From assembly GCA_002104905.1 (NCBI GenBank), contig MCFE01000023.1, forward strand, positions 62,001 through 126,000: 64,000 nt of DNA. The letters run 5' to 3'. This document shows, in pieces, positions 38,330 to 51,382 of this stretch. Position numbers and translations under genes: made by a program. This DNA comes from Basidiobolus meristosporus CBS 931.73. Its lineage: Eukaryota > Fungi > Basidiobolomycota. The first letter of the stretch is position 1; each line of letters opens with the position of its first letter. The notes under the pieces were generated by a model. It saw only the letters and a program-made list of their open reading frames with translations, did not search any database and was not told where the DNA came from.

Positions 38330-39838
38330 CAATGTGGTGTATATACCAAAGCCTAAAGATCAAAAGACATTGAAGATCTGTGAGGCTGTTGAGTACAATA
38401 ACAAACAGTGGGCTAATATACAAGAGGCCATGAGAAGTCTAGCACACCATCACTCCAAGGCCAGCACACCATAGGACCATCAGGAACTCAAGTTCAAGCA
38501 GAATGCACTTGACTTGTTCCATGAGCACTATCCTGGATACAAATGGGCAAGTGTATTTTGGGCCAGCATTGGTGTGCTAAGAAAGTATCTTAAGAAAAGC
38601 AGAAACTATCAAAGGCAGAAGTACAAGGGTGCAATGGCTAAAAACCGGTGGCTTCCTGAAGAGCCTGTTACAAGCAGGGCTGAAAGCTCCAAACAAGCTT
38701 CAAAGAGACATCAGGTAGCTGGAAGAGTGCCATTTTGGGACAAGCAGGCAGACACAAATGCACCAGCACAACATTTATCAAGGAAAAAGTGTAGTTCTAC
38801 TCAAGAAGCACTCAGTCAAAGTAGCAGTGAAGGACCTGGCAGTGATAAAAACCAGCAGCTTTTACAGGAGCCAGCCACAACTGCAGTTAAGAGCTCAAAA
38901 CAAGTGGAAAAGAAACATCAGTTTGCCAGGAGAGTGCCTGCAAGGGACAAGCAGGCCAATGCAGATGAGTCAGAGCAGAACTTATCAAGGTTAAAATATA
39001 GCCCATAACAAGAAGCACTCAGACAAGGTAGCAGTGAAAAACCTGGCAGTGATCAAGGAAATGGTAAAGCAGGGAGAAGGAATATATTGGCTAAATACAA
39101 AGAAGCTCTTTGCCTATATACAGGAGGTATTCATGGCAGAAGTGGCAACAACCAAGCATATGTTTGCAAGATGTATATGCCACCAGCAGTACAAGGTATA
39201 TGGCAACTTTGCAAGTATCACACTAAAAAGCTGTAAAGTTGAGGTGATAGAAGTATGTCAATTGCGGCAGGTGTGCGCGTTTGTAGAGGTTAGTAAGCAA
39301 GAGGCCATAGTTTTTTTTGATCTGAACTATATGTGGAATACCCAAGGTAGTAGTGGGTAAGCAAATAAAGAAAGGTGATTCTACAGTGGAATGTATGAAT
39401 TGCACAAGGGGAGGTAGAAAAAGGAAATATCATTTGGTAAATTGATATAGTAGCATTATACAGAACCAGCGGCAGGCCGTCATACTGCCAAGAAAATGCC
39501 ATCAGAGTCTTGCTGTGAGGCTGTCAAAATACCGTCAAGTTTCTTGCCATATAAGGCAATTGGAAGTCCTGGCCAACTGAATCCACTTAAAATAGTAATA
39601 GAGCACTGAAAGACTGCAACAATAACATGCAAATATTGTTACAGCACTGATCAAAAGTTGTCAAGTTTTATCCCTTTATTTGGCTGTAAAATTTGGAAAA
39701 CACCATCATGATCTTGTTATAAGATTGTCAGGCAGGTCACTAATTCCAAGCTGCTGTTATTATGACAGTCTCTTAACAGGATCCTAACGGATGATCCGGA
39801 TTGGATCCACCCGCAGGACCAAATTATTTTTCATAGGG
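38330..39838 (+). mobile_element. CCCTA element deletion derivative (ORF-X repeats fused to transposase tail and terminus)
   Basis: ORF 38514-39008; transposase tail 39070-39400; ends AAATTATTTTTCATAGGG at 39838. Confidence 0.7.
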
Positions 39839-39839
39839 T

Positions 39840-40954
39840 ATGGTTGAGAGCTCAAAACAAGCAGAAAAGAAACGTCAGGTTGCCAGCAGAGCTGCAGCAA
39901 GGGACAAGCAGGCCAAAACAGATGCATCAAAGCAGAATTTATCCAGGATAAAATGTAGTTCTTTGCATGAAGCACTCAGACAAAGTATCAGTGAAGGACC
40001 TGGCAGTGATAAAGGTAATAGTAGAGGGAAAAATGTCTACCCAAGCCTGAGACATGAAGGCATGCAAAAAAAACTGCAGTTCTTGCCAATCAATGCTGCA
40101 AGTTAAGCTACACTCAGCAAGGTAGATGAGTTTACAGAAAAGGCAATTTGTCTACCACAGCTTCCACATCCTCCATTGCTGACAGAGTGGAGATCCCATT
40201 CACAGACAAGGCTACAATTTCAAGAGCCTGAAAGACTATCACAATGCTTTCAGTGGAATTTTGCAACATCAATAGGCACACCAAGAGGTTGCAGCACTTC
40301 TTCAAGAGCAGTGCTCAAGAAAATGCACTGGAATATTGCAAGGACTTATTGCAAAGACTAGCAGATGAGGTGCTAGACCTTGCAGTGCCAGGTGAAGACC
40401 AGGATGTGTGGGAACCAGTGAATGAACAGTGGCATAAAGCTGTTGGGTTCCCACCAAAGTTGTGGAACCAGAGCATTATAGCAGAAATACTTATTGAGTG
40501 GTGGATTTTGATGCAGTTGCTTGTTAAGTGTGGGGTTGGGCTTAATGTTAGTGTATGGTATTGGGACTTGAATAGGTCAGTACAATTGGCAATTGAGGTA
40601 CAACCAAAGTTTGAATGGAAATAAATCAATTTGTATGCATGAAAAGTAAGAGAAGCATTTGAGTCAGGAAGTAAGGAGTGTGAAAAAGAGGCAATAGCCA
40701 ATCAATGCACACAAACATAGGAGGTGATAGAGTGTCTAGGATCAGAAAGTGAACAAATTGGCAGGGAACCAATCAAAAGCCACTTATACATTATTGTGAT
40801 GAAATATTTTGACTAAGTTTTTGTGAGATCTGGGATGCAATTATTTTTCAACAGTCTCTGGATGGTGTCCTGAAGGGATCAGTGCCTCTTAGTCATTGGA
40901 CTTTAACTTTGTAATGGCCTTTTGATGGGATCATTACAATAATTTTTCATAGGG
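39840..40954 (+). mobile_element. CCCTA element fragment: ORF-X 3' half and ORF-X-side terminus
   Basis: ORFs 39840-40106 and 40244-40624; ends AATAATTTTTCATAGGG at 40954. Confidence 0.7.
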
Positions 40955-40984
40955 GGCAGGTAAATTCAGTGGAAAGTCATATAT

Positions 40985-41241
40985 AGCAGAAAACAGCAGA
41001 ATAGGAAAAATAGTTAAGATACTTATTAATGCACAGTATATTCATTCAAGAAGACATCCACTGAGAGAAGTATATCTGGAACATTACAAAGAGTAAATAA
41101 AGCAAGAAAAGCCCTATTCTGAGCAACATAAGTAAGATTGAGTAAAAAACCAGTAACTATATCCTACCACTGGCAGTATAGCAGAAATTATAGTGCCAGA
41201 TCAATCTGGCACTATGTGGCACTACCCAACAAAACAAGTCT
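40985..41241 (+). mobile_element. Truncated copy of the PHIS element (transposase 3' end plus TIR)
   Basis: Reverse complement of ~31630-31920; reads ENSRIGKIVKILINAQY; ends CAAGTCT followed by ATT. Confidence 0.85.
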
Positions 41242-41244
41242 ATT

Positions 41245-42860
41245 ACCCATGCATTGGGGCTGCTTAGCTTCTTAGTTCCTTGGGCATATGTGTCTCTATT
41301 TGCACATCTGTCCCCAGTATTTTCCAACTCTTCCTAGCTGTCCTCCATGTACCAGCTCATCACATCCATCACAGACTTGAAGGTAGTATGCTTGATGAGA
41401 TTGGGAGATGGTAGTACCTGCAACTTGACTTGTCTTCCTATCTCCCTCCACATCTGCTCCATAGGAAACTCCCAACAGGTGAAGCAAGGCCCAAAATTCT
41501 CCACACACCAAGCAAGATGTAGTAGAGAATGGATACAGTAGCAGCAGAGATCTACATGGTCAGCTTTATGTTTGTAGTATGGCTGCTCAGATCCTGTTAC
41601 AAACTCCATGCACAACAGCTCTAGATGTATTAAGTTGGCATTGGTGATCTGCTTCTGGATAAATAGTCCTACAATGTCCATATATGACTCCCAATGCTTC
41701 CAATGTACCCTCAGTAGGAATGGCTTCAGAATGCCACTTGAATAAATACATATCCAGTTCATCCAGTCTTTGCATTTTTATTGTAAGATCGTGTGAAGGG
41801 TCAATAACTCCAAGCTGCCAGCAACATGACAGACTCAATGTGTGATCCTGAACGCTGATCTGGAAATGACTTTCCAAAGGGCTACATTTTCTTCTTGATA
41901 AATGCTGCTCTGGTGTATTGGTGACTGTCTTCTTGTTCCTTACCACCACTATTCTGGCAACCTGATGTTTATATGCAACTTTTTTTGAGCTTTCAGCCCC
42001 AATTGTGATGGGCTCCTGAGGAAGCTGCTGGCTTTTATTGCTGCCAGGTTTTTCACTACTACTTTGAATGAGCACTTCTTGAATGGAACTATGCTTTTTC
42101 TTTGGTAAATGTTGAACTAGTGCATCTGAGTCTATCTGCTTGTCCCATATTGGCACTCTTCTGGCTACCAGATTTTTCTTTGATGCTTCTCTAGAGCTTT
42201 CAGCTCTACTTGTAACAAGCACCTGAGGAAACCATGGGTTTCAGCCATGGCACCCTAGTTTGTCTGCCTTTAATAGTTTCTGCTATTCTTGAGATACTTT
42301 CTTAACATGTATCTGCTTGCCTGCTCAACTTCAGGACAATGCTCATGGAACAGGTAAAGTACATTCTAATTAGCCTTGAGGTGCTGATGGTCCCATGATA
42401 TGCTGGCCTTCAGGTTATGACATGCTAAACCTGTAATGGCCTCTTGAACATTAGCCCACAATTCATTACTGCACTCAATGGCTTCATGGAACTTCAATGT
42501 CTTTAGATTTTTGGGCATGGGTATAAGTTCCACAGTAACTACCTCCCATGCAGTGACAGTCTTTCTTGTGCACTTATATTTGCTCACTGTTGTTGTGCTT
42601 CAAACACAGCATGGTGTTCCTCTACAATTACAATGGGAAATGGCTCAATTCTTGCCTGTGACATTGAGCTACTTGAGTTCCTTTTTTGCAGCAAAGACAC
42701 TGTGTTCTCTACCTGGGGTATTGATTGCTCTACGCATATTATCCACTCATCCTGATTCTGGACTATTTCCTGATTTCTCTGGGCCATTGCATCTAATGTA
42801 TCAGCCACTGCTCATACTTGCCTCCTTAATTCTTGGGTATGAACTTATTGAAGCATTAGT
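41245..42860 (-). pseudogene. CACTA-like transposase remnant (41245-41790) fused to ORF-X remnant (41790-42860)
   Basis: ORF 41334-41762 has LHLAWCVENFGPCFTCWEFPMEQ; ORFs 41587-42222 and 42584-42808 match ORF-X. Confidence 0.7.
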
Positions 42861-42864
42861 CTGA

Positions 42865-43949
42865 TGTATGTCTTTTCCTTTTGTGGTAGTTGCAAAACAG
42901 GTTAGTATTGCCATTTAAAGGTCTTGGGTATATCCCTTGTTGGTTATCATTGATTATCAAAGCATTTTCTGCTTTCTTCTTGTTGGTGCTTGATTTTCTT
43001 AATTCTTCATCCAGGAGCTTTCCATATACATAATTTAAAGTTGAATCTTCAGCTCTGGACTCTAGGGCTGCTACAAGGCCCTAAAACCTGTCTGTCAGGC
43101 TATTCAGGAGGATTAATATCACATCCTCATCAGTAGTTGGTGTGCCCACAGATTCCATCTCATCCACCCACAGGGTAATTCTGTTGATTATATTTTTTAA
43201 TTCTTCTCCTGGCAGCATCTTTGTAGTAAAGGATTCTCATATAAGTCACATTTTCTTGGAAGCTGAACATGACTGGTAGGTGTTTTCTAACACCTTCCAG
43301 GCATTCTTTGCAGTCTTTGCCCTTGAGCATTGAATTAGCAATTTGTCTTTGACATTAAGGCAAACACAGTTGAAGGCACTTAGTTCTTTCTTGTGATACT
43401 TTAAGGACTCCTCTCCCACACTTTTAGGAGGGCATTCTTCTCCCATGACAATATATCAAAGGCCTCTTTCATGCAGCAACATCTTCATCTTCACCTTCCA
43501 CACTTGGTATCTAGATCAATCCAACTTTTCAGCATAGGGAAAAGTTCCAGTAATAGCAGTAGTAGACATTGCAGAGATTGACAGCTTGAGGCTCATAACT
43601 TGTTGTAAGAGTCTTGAAAATATTGGAAGTGGCTGGGAGAACAAGTAGATTATGTGATTTTCACTTAATGATATATGAATGTAAGTGTAGTATTTATACT
43701 TTTACATGATCTTGGCATAACAAAGCACATAGAATAGGCTTAGGAAGGTCCCAAGAGCATGTGTGCAAAGTGTGGGGCTGTTTGGACAACTTTGAGAATT
43801 TTCATGTTGTGGGTACCTGATATTTTGGTGAAAATATTCTAAGTAGATCCTAACAAGGAATTTGGTCAGCATTCTCTAGGATTTGAAGGTAATGATCTAA
43901 GTGACTTAGTTAAGTGGATATTTAGGTAGAAGTACAAATTCTTACAACA
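42865..43949 (-). mobile_element. Ty1/copia family 2, 5' fragment (LTR 43601-43949, PBS, gag)
   Basis: PBS AGTTATGAGCC; gag homologous to 51383-52003 joined to 47588-47709. Confidence 0.85.
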
Positions 43950-44245
43950 TGCCACTCATAAACTAATGTGGTACTATCCAATGGAACAAGTTTGTTGGTC
44001 AAGTACTACTAAATATTTTGCAGATACTTATGAAGTATTGATGGCAAAAGAGGCTGTAACTAGGCAAATATTTGCAAGATGTGTATCTTATCAGCAATAA
44101 AAGGTATATGGTAACTTTGCAAGTATCATACTGAAAAGCCCACAAGCTGAGATGATAGATGTGTTTCAATTGTAGCAGTTGTGCTTGCAAGTAGATGTTG
44201 CTGTAAGAGTCTTGGAGATATGGGAAGTGATTGGGAGGACAAGTA

Positions 44246-44633
44246 TGTGGGTTATTACTGACTGTACTTGGTGAGTGGGAGAGCTTGTAGGTCAAGTCAG
44301 TACCACTTGGTTCAGAATAGCTTCTGATAGAAGGTAGCAAGGTAATAAAGACTTCTGTTTATTTCGTTCAAATCTTGTTGTTCTTCCTGGTTCAATTGGG
44401 TAGATATATATATCACTTGGGGGGGGCTTAGACAATAGACAATGTGTTATAAAATAGGGGTGTGAACACCTTCCTGTTATGGTAAGTGTTCTAACTAGAT
44501 AAGGGCAGGGATAGGAGGGGAGGATGCGTGGGGGAATCATAGGGAGGGTACTGGAGGACTTTGGGTAGGACTCTGGAGGGAACTCTTGGGAGAACTCTTG
44601 GGCTAAGAGTGGGTACTACATTGAGTACTCACA
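44246..44633. repeat. Solo LTR (unrelated family) inserted in copia-2 3' LTR
   Basis: TG...CA termini (TGTGGGT / TACTCACA) with perfect AAGTA duplication at 44241-45 and 44634-38. Confidence 0.8.
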
Positions 44634-47600
44634 AAGTAGATTTTGTGTTTCTCACTTAATGATTTATTGAATGTAAAAGCAGTATTTATACTTTTTCATG
44701 ATCTTGGCATAAAAAACACATATAATAGGTTAAGGAAGGTCCCAAGAACATGTGTACAAAGTTTGGGGCTGTTTGGACAACTTTGAGAATTTTCATGCTC
44801 TGGGTACCTGGTATTTTGGTGAAAGTATTCTAAGTAAATCCCAACAAGGAATTTGGTCAGTATTCTCCAGGATTTGAAGGTAATGATCTAAGTGACTAAG
44901 TTAGGCGAATATTTAGGTGGAATTACAAATTTTCACAACACTCCCACTCAGCTAAATGTTCATACTGACTAGTCCTAATTTTGACCCAAGATATTCAAAC
45001 TTGTCTCTAGCCAATGGTTTGGTAAATATGTCTGCAATCATTTCATTGGTAGGACAGTAAACTAACCTAACTAATCTATTCTCTATAGCTTCATGTATGA
45101 AATGATGTCTAATATCTATGTGCTTGGTTCTAGCATGAAAAGTTGGACTTCTACTTAATTGTATACATCCTTGCTTATCTTGAAATAAAGTAATAGGCAT
45201 TTTTTGACATAGGCCTAAATCGGTAAAAAGCTTTCTTACCACATTGCTTCTTTTGTAGCTTCACAGGCTGCCATGTACTCAACATCTTGAACTCCTTAGA
45301 TAGGCTGGATTTAGTCTCCCAATGTTCTAGGTTATTAACTGCTATAATAAGATCATCCACTTATAGAGCTAATAGAGCTGGATTTTCTCTATCTGGCTTA
45401 TAGTATATACTATAGTCAGCATTACTCCTCTTGAAACTCAAAGATTCCAAATAAGAATCTATCTTGCAGTTCCAGGCTCTTGGTGATTGTTTGAGACCAT
45501 ATAGTGACTTTTTAAGCTTGCAGACCAAGTGGGGGTTATCTTGATCAACAAAGCCATTAGGCCAGTCCATATACATGTCCTCATCAAGTTCTGCATTCAA
45601 AAATGCAGTTTTTATATCCATTTGATGAATAAAAAACTTACATTTGGCTGCAATAGCCAATATTAATCTGATTGAAATAAACTTGGCTACCAGTGCAAAG
45701 GTCTCAGTATAGTCAAGTCCTTTTGTTTGAGAGTATCCTTTGGCTACAAGTCTTGCTTTGTATCTTTCAATTGTACTATCAGCCTTGTATTATGACTTGA
45801 AGACCCATCTGCATGCAATTGATTTTTGGTTGATTGATAATTTGACCAAGTCCCAAGTTTGATTTTCCATCAGGGCCTGATATTCCTCTGTCATTGCAGA
45901 TCTCCAAAGCTTTGTCTGGGGGCTATTTAGGGCCTCTTTTATAGTCTGGGGCTCATCAGTATGGACTGAATAGGCATAGGCTAAGTTTGTACCCTTGTTG
46001 ATATAGTAATCTGGGCCATTTCTTGTCCAATTGGATCTCTGGGCATTTGATACTGCAATGATCACTTCTGGGATATTCCTGGGCACTGATTCAGGCTGAA
46101 CCATGGTTGTAGAGTCCTCTGGAGTGAAAAAATTCTCATTGTTCTCCTCTGATTCAAACCTGACAATTGGTGGATTTGAGATCAGATTTTTGTCATCATC
46201 TGATATCATTTTTTGTGAAAATTTGAATTTTCATCAAACAACATATCCCTGGACTTGACTAGCTTCTTTGCTTTGGCATTGTAGAGTCTGTATGCTTTAC
46301 TCTCATTGCAGTAACCCAAAAATATGCATTTTACACTTTTTGGTTCATATTTTGAATGATTTCTGGGTAATTTCTTGGCATATGCTGTACACCCAAATAT
46401 TCTTAGATGTTCTGCACTTGGTCTATAGCCTTACCATGCTTCAAAGGGAGTAGAATCACAAAGTATTCTGTTATAACTCCTATTTTTAAGGTATACAGCT
46501 GTGGCAACTGATTCCACCCAAAAATCATAGGGTAATTTTTGATCATGGATCATAGATCTTGCCATATCAATTATTGATCTGTTTGCATGCTCTGCTACTC
46601 CATTTTGCTGTGGGGAGTATGGTACAGTAGTCTCTTGCTTTATCCCATGAATTTTGCAGAAGTAGATGAAGAGTTTTGAGGTATATTCTCCACCATTGTC
46701 AGAGTGTATTTTCTTGATTTTTCCCCAGTTTCTCTCTCCACCATGGCTTTGAGCTCCCTGAACTTAGACAGAGCTTCTTCCTTTCTCTCCATGAAGTAGA
46801 CCCATGTGTATCTTGTATAATCATCAATAAAAGTGATTAAATACTTCACCCTGCCTAAGGATAAATTTTGCATAGGTCCACACAGATCTGAGTGAATTAG
46901 ATCTAATTTTTTCTAAGTTTTGATTAACCCAGAGCTCTTGAATGGTTGTCTGGCTGGTTTCCCATATATGCAGGCTTCACAGTGCTCCAAACCAGCTGGG
47001 GGATCAACTTTTACTCCAGAAATTAGCTGATCTTTGTGCCCAAATCTCCTGTGCCAAAGCATTGGTGTTTCTTCATACAAGTTAGTTATATTGGATTCCA
47101 AATATGATGGAATATAAGTCAACTTGTATAGATTCTGATCTCTGATAACTGAAGCAATATGGGCACCATTTTGATCAGTGATCTTGCATCCAGAATTGTC
47201 AAAGCTGAAACTGAGTCCTTCTGCAGTGGCCTTGCTTACAGATAGTAAGTTCTTGGCTATTTCTGGTACCTAGAGTACATCTTTAAAGGTCAATGTATGG
47301 CTTCCTTCACTTCCTCTTAGGTTTACTTGGATAGTTCCTTCTCCCACTGCATCAAGTGTTCTATTGTCACCCATGAAAACCTTCTTAATTGGAATTTCTT
47401 GATATTGGGTAAAAAGTTCTTTTTGGTGTGTAAAGTGTTGAGATGCTTCAGAGTCAATATACCATGTCTGAGAGTCCTTGTTTGTGGTCATAATTAGTGC
47501 AGATATGAATAGTCTATCTTTAGTTGTTGCAGCATTTCCATATTCAGGCTTCTTTTGCTGATTAACTTTCTTTTTGAGACACCGGTCTGATGTGTGTCCT

Positions 47601-47709
47601 TTCCTTTTGCCGTAGTTGCAAAACAGGTTGCTGTTGCTTTTGTAGGGTTTTGGGTACCTCCTTTGTTGGTTATCATTGCTTATTAAAGCATTTTCTTCTT
47701 CCTTCTTAT

Positions 47710-50700
47710 TGTTGCAAAATTCATATTTCCACCTAGACATTCACCTAGCTTAGTCACTTAGATCATTACCTTCATATCCAAGAGAATACTGACTAAATTT
47801 CTTGTTGGGATTTACTTAGAATATATTGACCAAAATACCAGGTACCCAGAACATGAAAATTCTCAAGGTTGTCCAAACAGCCCCAAACGTTGCACACATG
47901 TTTTTGGTGTTGCAATATTCTGAGGAGTATTGGAAGTGATGTGGAGAACTAGAAGATTTACATGTTATTCACTTGTAGATTTAGTGATCAAAAGTATGGT
48001 ATTTATACTTTTGATAAAGTAGAGGAAACAAACATGTAGAGTTTGTTAAGGAAGGTCCCAAGAATATGTGTGCAAAGTTTGGGGTCTTTTGGACGACTTT
48101 GAGAAAAATAATAATCTGGGTACCTGATAATTTGGTGAAAATATTCTAAGTAAATCCCAACAAGAGATCTAGTCAGGACAGAATGCTAATCACAGAATAA
48201 GATCTATGTGACTAAGTTAGCATGAATATTTAGGTGACAATTCAATAATTACAACACTCCCACTCAACAAAATATTCATGAGTAATAAATACATATTGTG
48301 AGTGTGCAATCTGTAATAAGCGTATAAGATTTAACTGTTTTGCATACTGGACTAATATATTATCCAAAGGTGTATGCATTTGTGTTCAACTTAATAGAAC
48401 AAGTAACTTGGAATTCAGTATGCATATCTACTTAGTAATATGCCTAAAAATCTGAATGATCTGATCATAATACTAATCATCAACTTTGATCAGTTGTACG
48501 GGCTTGAATAATACGCTGAGTCTAATTGACAGATTGTAATAATGGTATATAGCCTCTGGGCTATCCAATGCTTCTTATTTGAGCAAAATTGACCCACTTT
48601 TGGTCAAGTTAAGGTTTTGTCATTTACGGCATATCTGGAGTTTCCTTATTTCCGGCCAACAGTCTAATCCATTTAGACAACTTCACTGTGTGTCCATATT
48701 AGGCTCAGGGACAGTTACTTCCATCATATAGATGCTATATGAGGTAAAAAAAAATAGTGACCTACTTTGGGTCAAGTTAAGGTTTTGTCATTTACGCCTG
48801 ATCCGGATTATCCTTGTTTCCTGGCACTGTGGCACATATAACATGGCCAAAAAAAAGAAGGTTTTTGCTCAATTCTGAGCTGGGATGGCCTGCTCCCACT
48901 TGAACCACGTCTGTTTAGTGATTCAGATCCACAAATATGATCTAGAATGGTCATCTTTGTCTTCTTTAAATAGCAATAACTTTCTTTGGACTGATTACTT
49001 CATATGCGGTAGATTCAAAGTCCATTTGCTTCTTGATTTACCCAGTTTGGTATTGGACAACACCATGGGTTGTTTGGTAGCTATTCTTAGAGTGCTTCTA
49101 CTGATTTGGATTGATACAGCTGCTTTTGTCTTATCAGAATATACTTGTAGAATAGAGATTGGCACTTTTCCAGAAGTGAGATTCTCCTTAACAAGGGCTT
49201 TGATTATCCTTATTCTCCTGATAATTATTTTCAACCTTGAGCTCAGTTTCCAAGGCTAACTGTATCTTCTCAGTGTCTTCAGAATCCATAAAAACCATCT
49301 GGTTGATCCTTGCACCTTTTTCTTTCAGCTCCATAGACAGCAGACATCAAGACTTCTGCACTAAATAATCTGTTCTAATATATACTACAATATCTAACAG
49401 ATCCTGTTGAAGTTTCAAGGCTCTTCTGGGGTTTCTAGCTTGAGAACTTCGTACAAGAGGCTCCATAGAACATATCTGCATTGCCAGATAGTCCAAATAT
49501 GGCCTACATAAGTTTTGGCACCATTTGGGAAGTACTCTAGTTTGCGGTAGTAGTATTTTCCATTTTTTCTTCTTTTCTTTTTTTGCTGATGACCCAGGGA
49601 TATTTCCTTTTGTGGGGTGGTTCTGGACTTCCTTGCAGGTGGGACCACAGTGTTTTTGAGCACAAGAGTCTCCATGACATCATTGTTCCAGAATATCTGA
49701 CTATTTGAGAGTGAAATAATCAAAATCGGCATCCACTTAGATCATTCATAACTTTTGATAGAGTTGACCAAATTTGATCAAATAAACTGCATTTGATAGC
49801 TAGCTTCATCAATACTTCGGTATCAGACTCCAATATATCAGTATTTTGAGTTGCAGAACTTGGCGGTGACTTGATCAATCAAAATTCTTCTGATCTGATC
49901 CAGAGAAGTTAAATATCACCAAGTGTTTTCTCCCACTGTAATAAGTGATATATATATAACAAGTATAAAGTACTATGTTATCTTCTGAGTGGCTCTTAGC
50001 TGTGTACTGACCAACTGTTGCTTGGTTGTATACTCCCATCAGGCTTGCAATTATATGCTTCACTCCTTTGGCTGGCAGTAGAATCTTCATGAGTTGATTT
50101 TGCTAAATTTGTATAATACTTTCTCCCACTGTTTTGAGACTTAAACAGAGTGATAGCACGTCTAACAGCTCCATATTTAGCTCCTGGTACACTGGTTTCA
50201 GTATCAAAACACTTGATACAATTATAGCATTCTTCTAATGGATTGTGTAGTACATATCCGTACTCCAGGTGGATATATATGTATTATATATCATTGGGAT
50301 CCTTACAATTCAGGAAGCTTGTTTCTGAGATCTTTTTCCATCAGTAGATAGTCCAGAATGGCGGCTAACAGCTCCAGTATTTGCATTCTCAGCTGTATTT
50401 TGAGTGGCAACAGATTTTTGGTAAAATCCTCCTCCGGCAATCATTTAATAATGATCTATATATATTTTTTTTTGCAATTCAGGATAATATCCTATCCAAG
50501 AGCTTGTCTAACAGTCAATTGGGGTCATATGAATACATATTGCAGTATATTTCATTGTAGATCTGGGCCCTCAATTGCTGGAATTACGCAATTTTCTTCA
50601 GTAGTGGTAGAGCACCAACATACTATATTTCTTGACACAATTACATGCCAGTTTGATTGACTCTTCTTCATAACTAACTTGGATAGTTACTGAAGGCATC

Positions 50701-51382
50701 TTTTGAAGGCAAGGCCTTCTTCTCCACAGCAATATCCTCATAAACATAGTCCTTTAGCAGCGGTTGTCTTCTTTAACCTTAGCAGAGCAATAGTGTGGAA
50801 AGTCTTTCTCCAGACTAGCAGAAAAGGATCCAAAGCATAGTAGACACCAAGAGGACAGCAAGCTCGGGGCTCATAACCTGTTGCAATATTCTGAGGAGTA
50901 TTGGAAGTGATGTGGAGAACTAGAAGATTTACATGTTATTCACTTGTAGATTTATTGATCAAAAGTATGGTATTTATACTTTTGATAAAGTAGAGGAAAC
51001 AAACGTGTAGAGTTTGTTAAGGAAGGTCCCAAGAATATGTGTGCAAAGTTTGGGGTCTTTTGGACGACTTTGAGAAAAATAATAATCTGGGTACCTGATA
51101 ATTTGGTGAAAATATTCTAAGTAAATCCCAACAAGAAATCTAGTCAGGACAGAATGCTAATCACAGAATAAGATCTATGTGACTAAGTTAGCATGAATAT
51201 TTAGGTGACAATTCAATAATTACAACATTTGGGACCTTCCTTAACTTACTCTACATGGTTTTTATGTTAAGACTAGGTAAAAGTATAAATAATACTTTTA
51301 CATTCAATAAATCATTAAGTGAAAACCACATAATCTACTTGTCCTCTCAATCACTTCCAATATTTCCAAGACTCTTACAACA
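47710..51382 (+). repeat. Copia-2 solo LTR inserted antisense into gag (halves 47710-47907 and 51228-51382)
   Basis: Perfect CTTAT duplication at 47705-09 and 51383-87; the gag frame rejoins across it as in the empty copy near 42980. Confidence 0.88.
47908..51227 (-). mobile_element. Young non-autonomous copia-type LTR element with unidentified 2.6-kb internal region
   Basis: 349-bp LTRs (47908-48256, 50879-51227) differing at 3 positions; TSD TTTGG; PBS GGTTATGAGCCCC; PPT GAGTGGGAG; no gag/pol motif recognised. Confidence 0.92.

Noticed and set aside
48885-49259. Hydrophobic 124-aa plus-strand ORF as an env-like or membrane gene in the cargo
   Set aside because: It is antisense to the element and to the more protein-like frames; AT-rich antisense frames are commonly hydrophobic.
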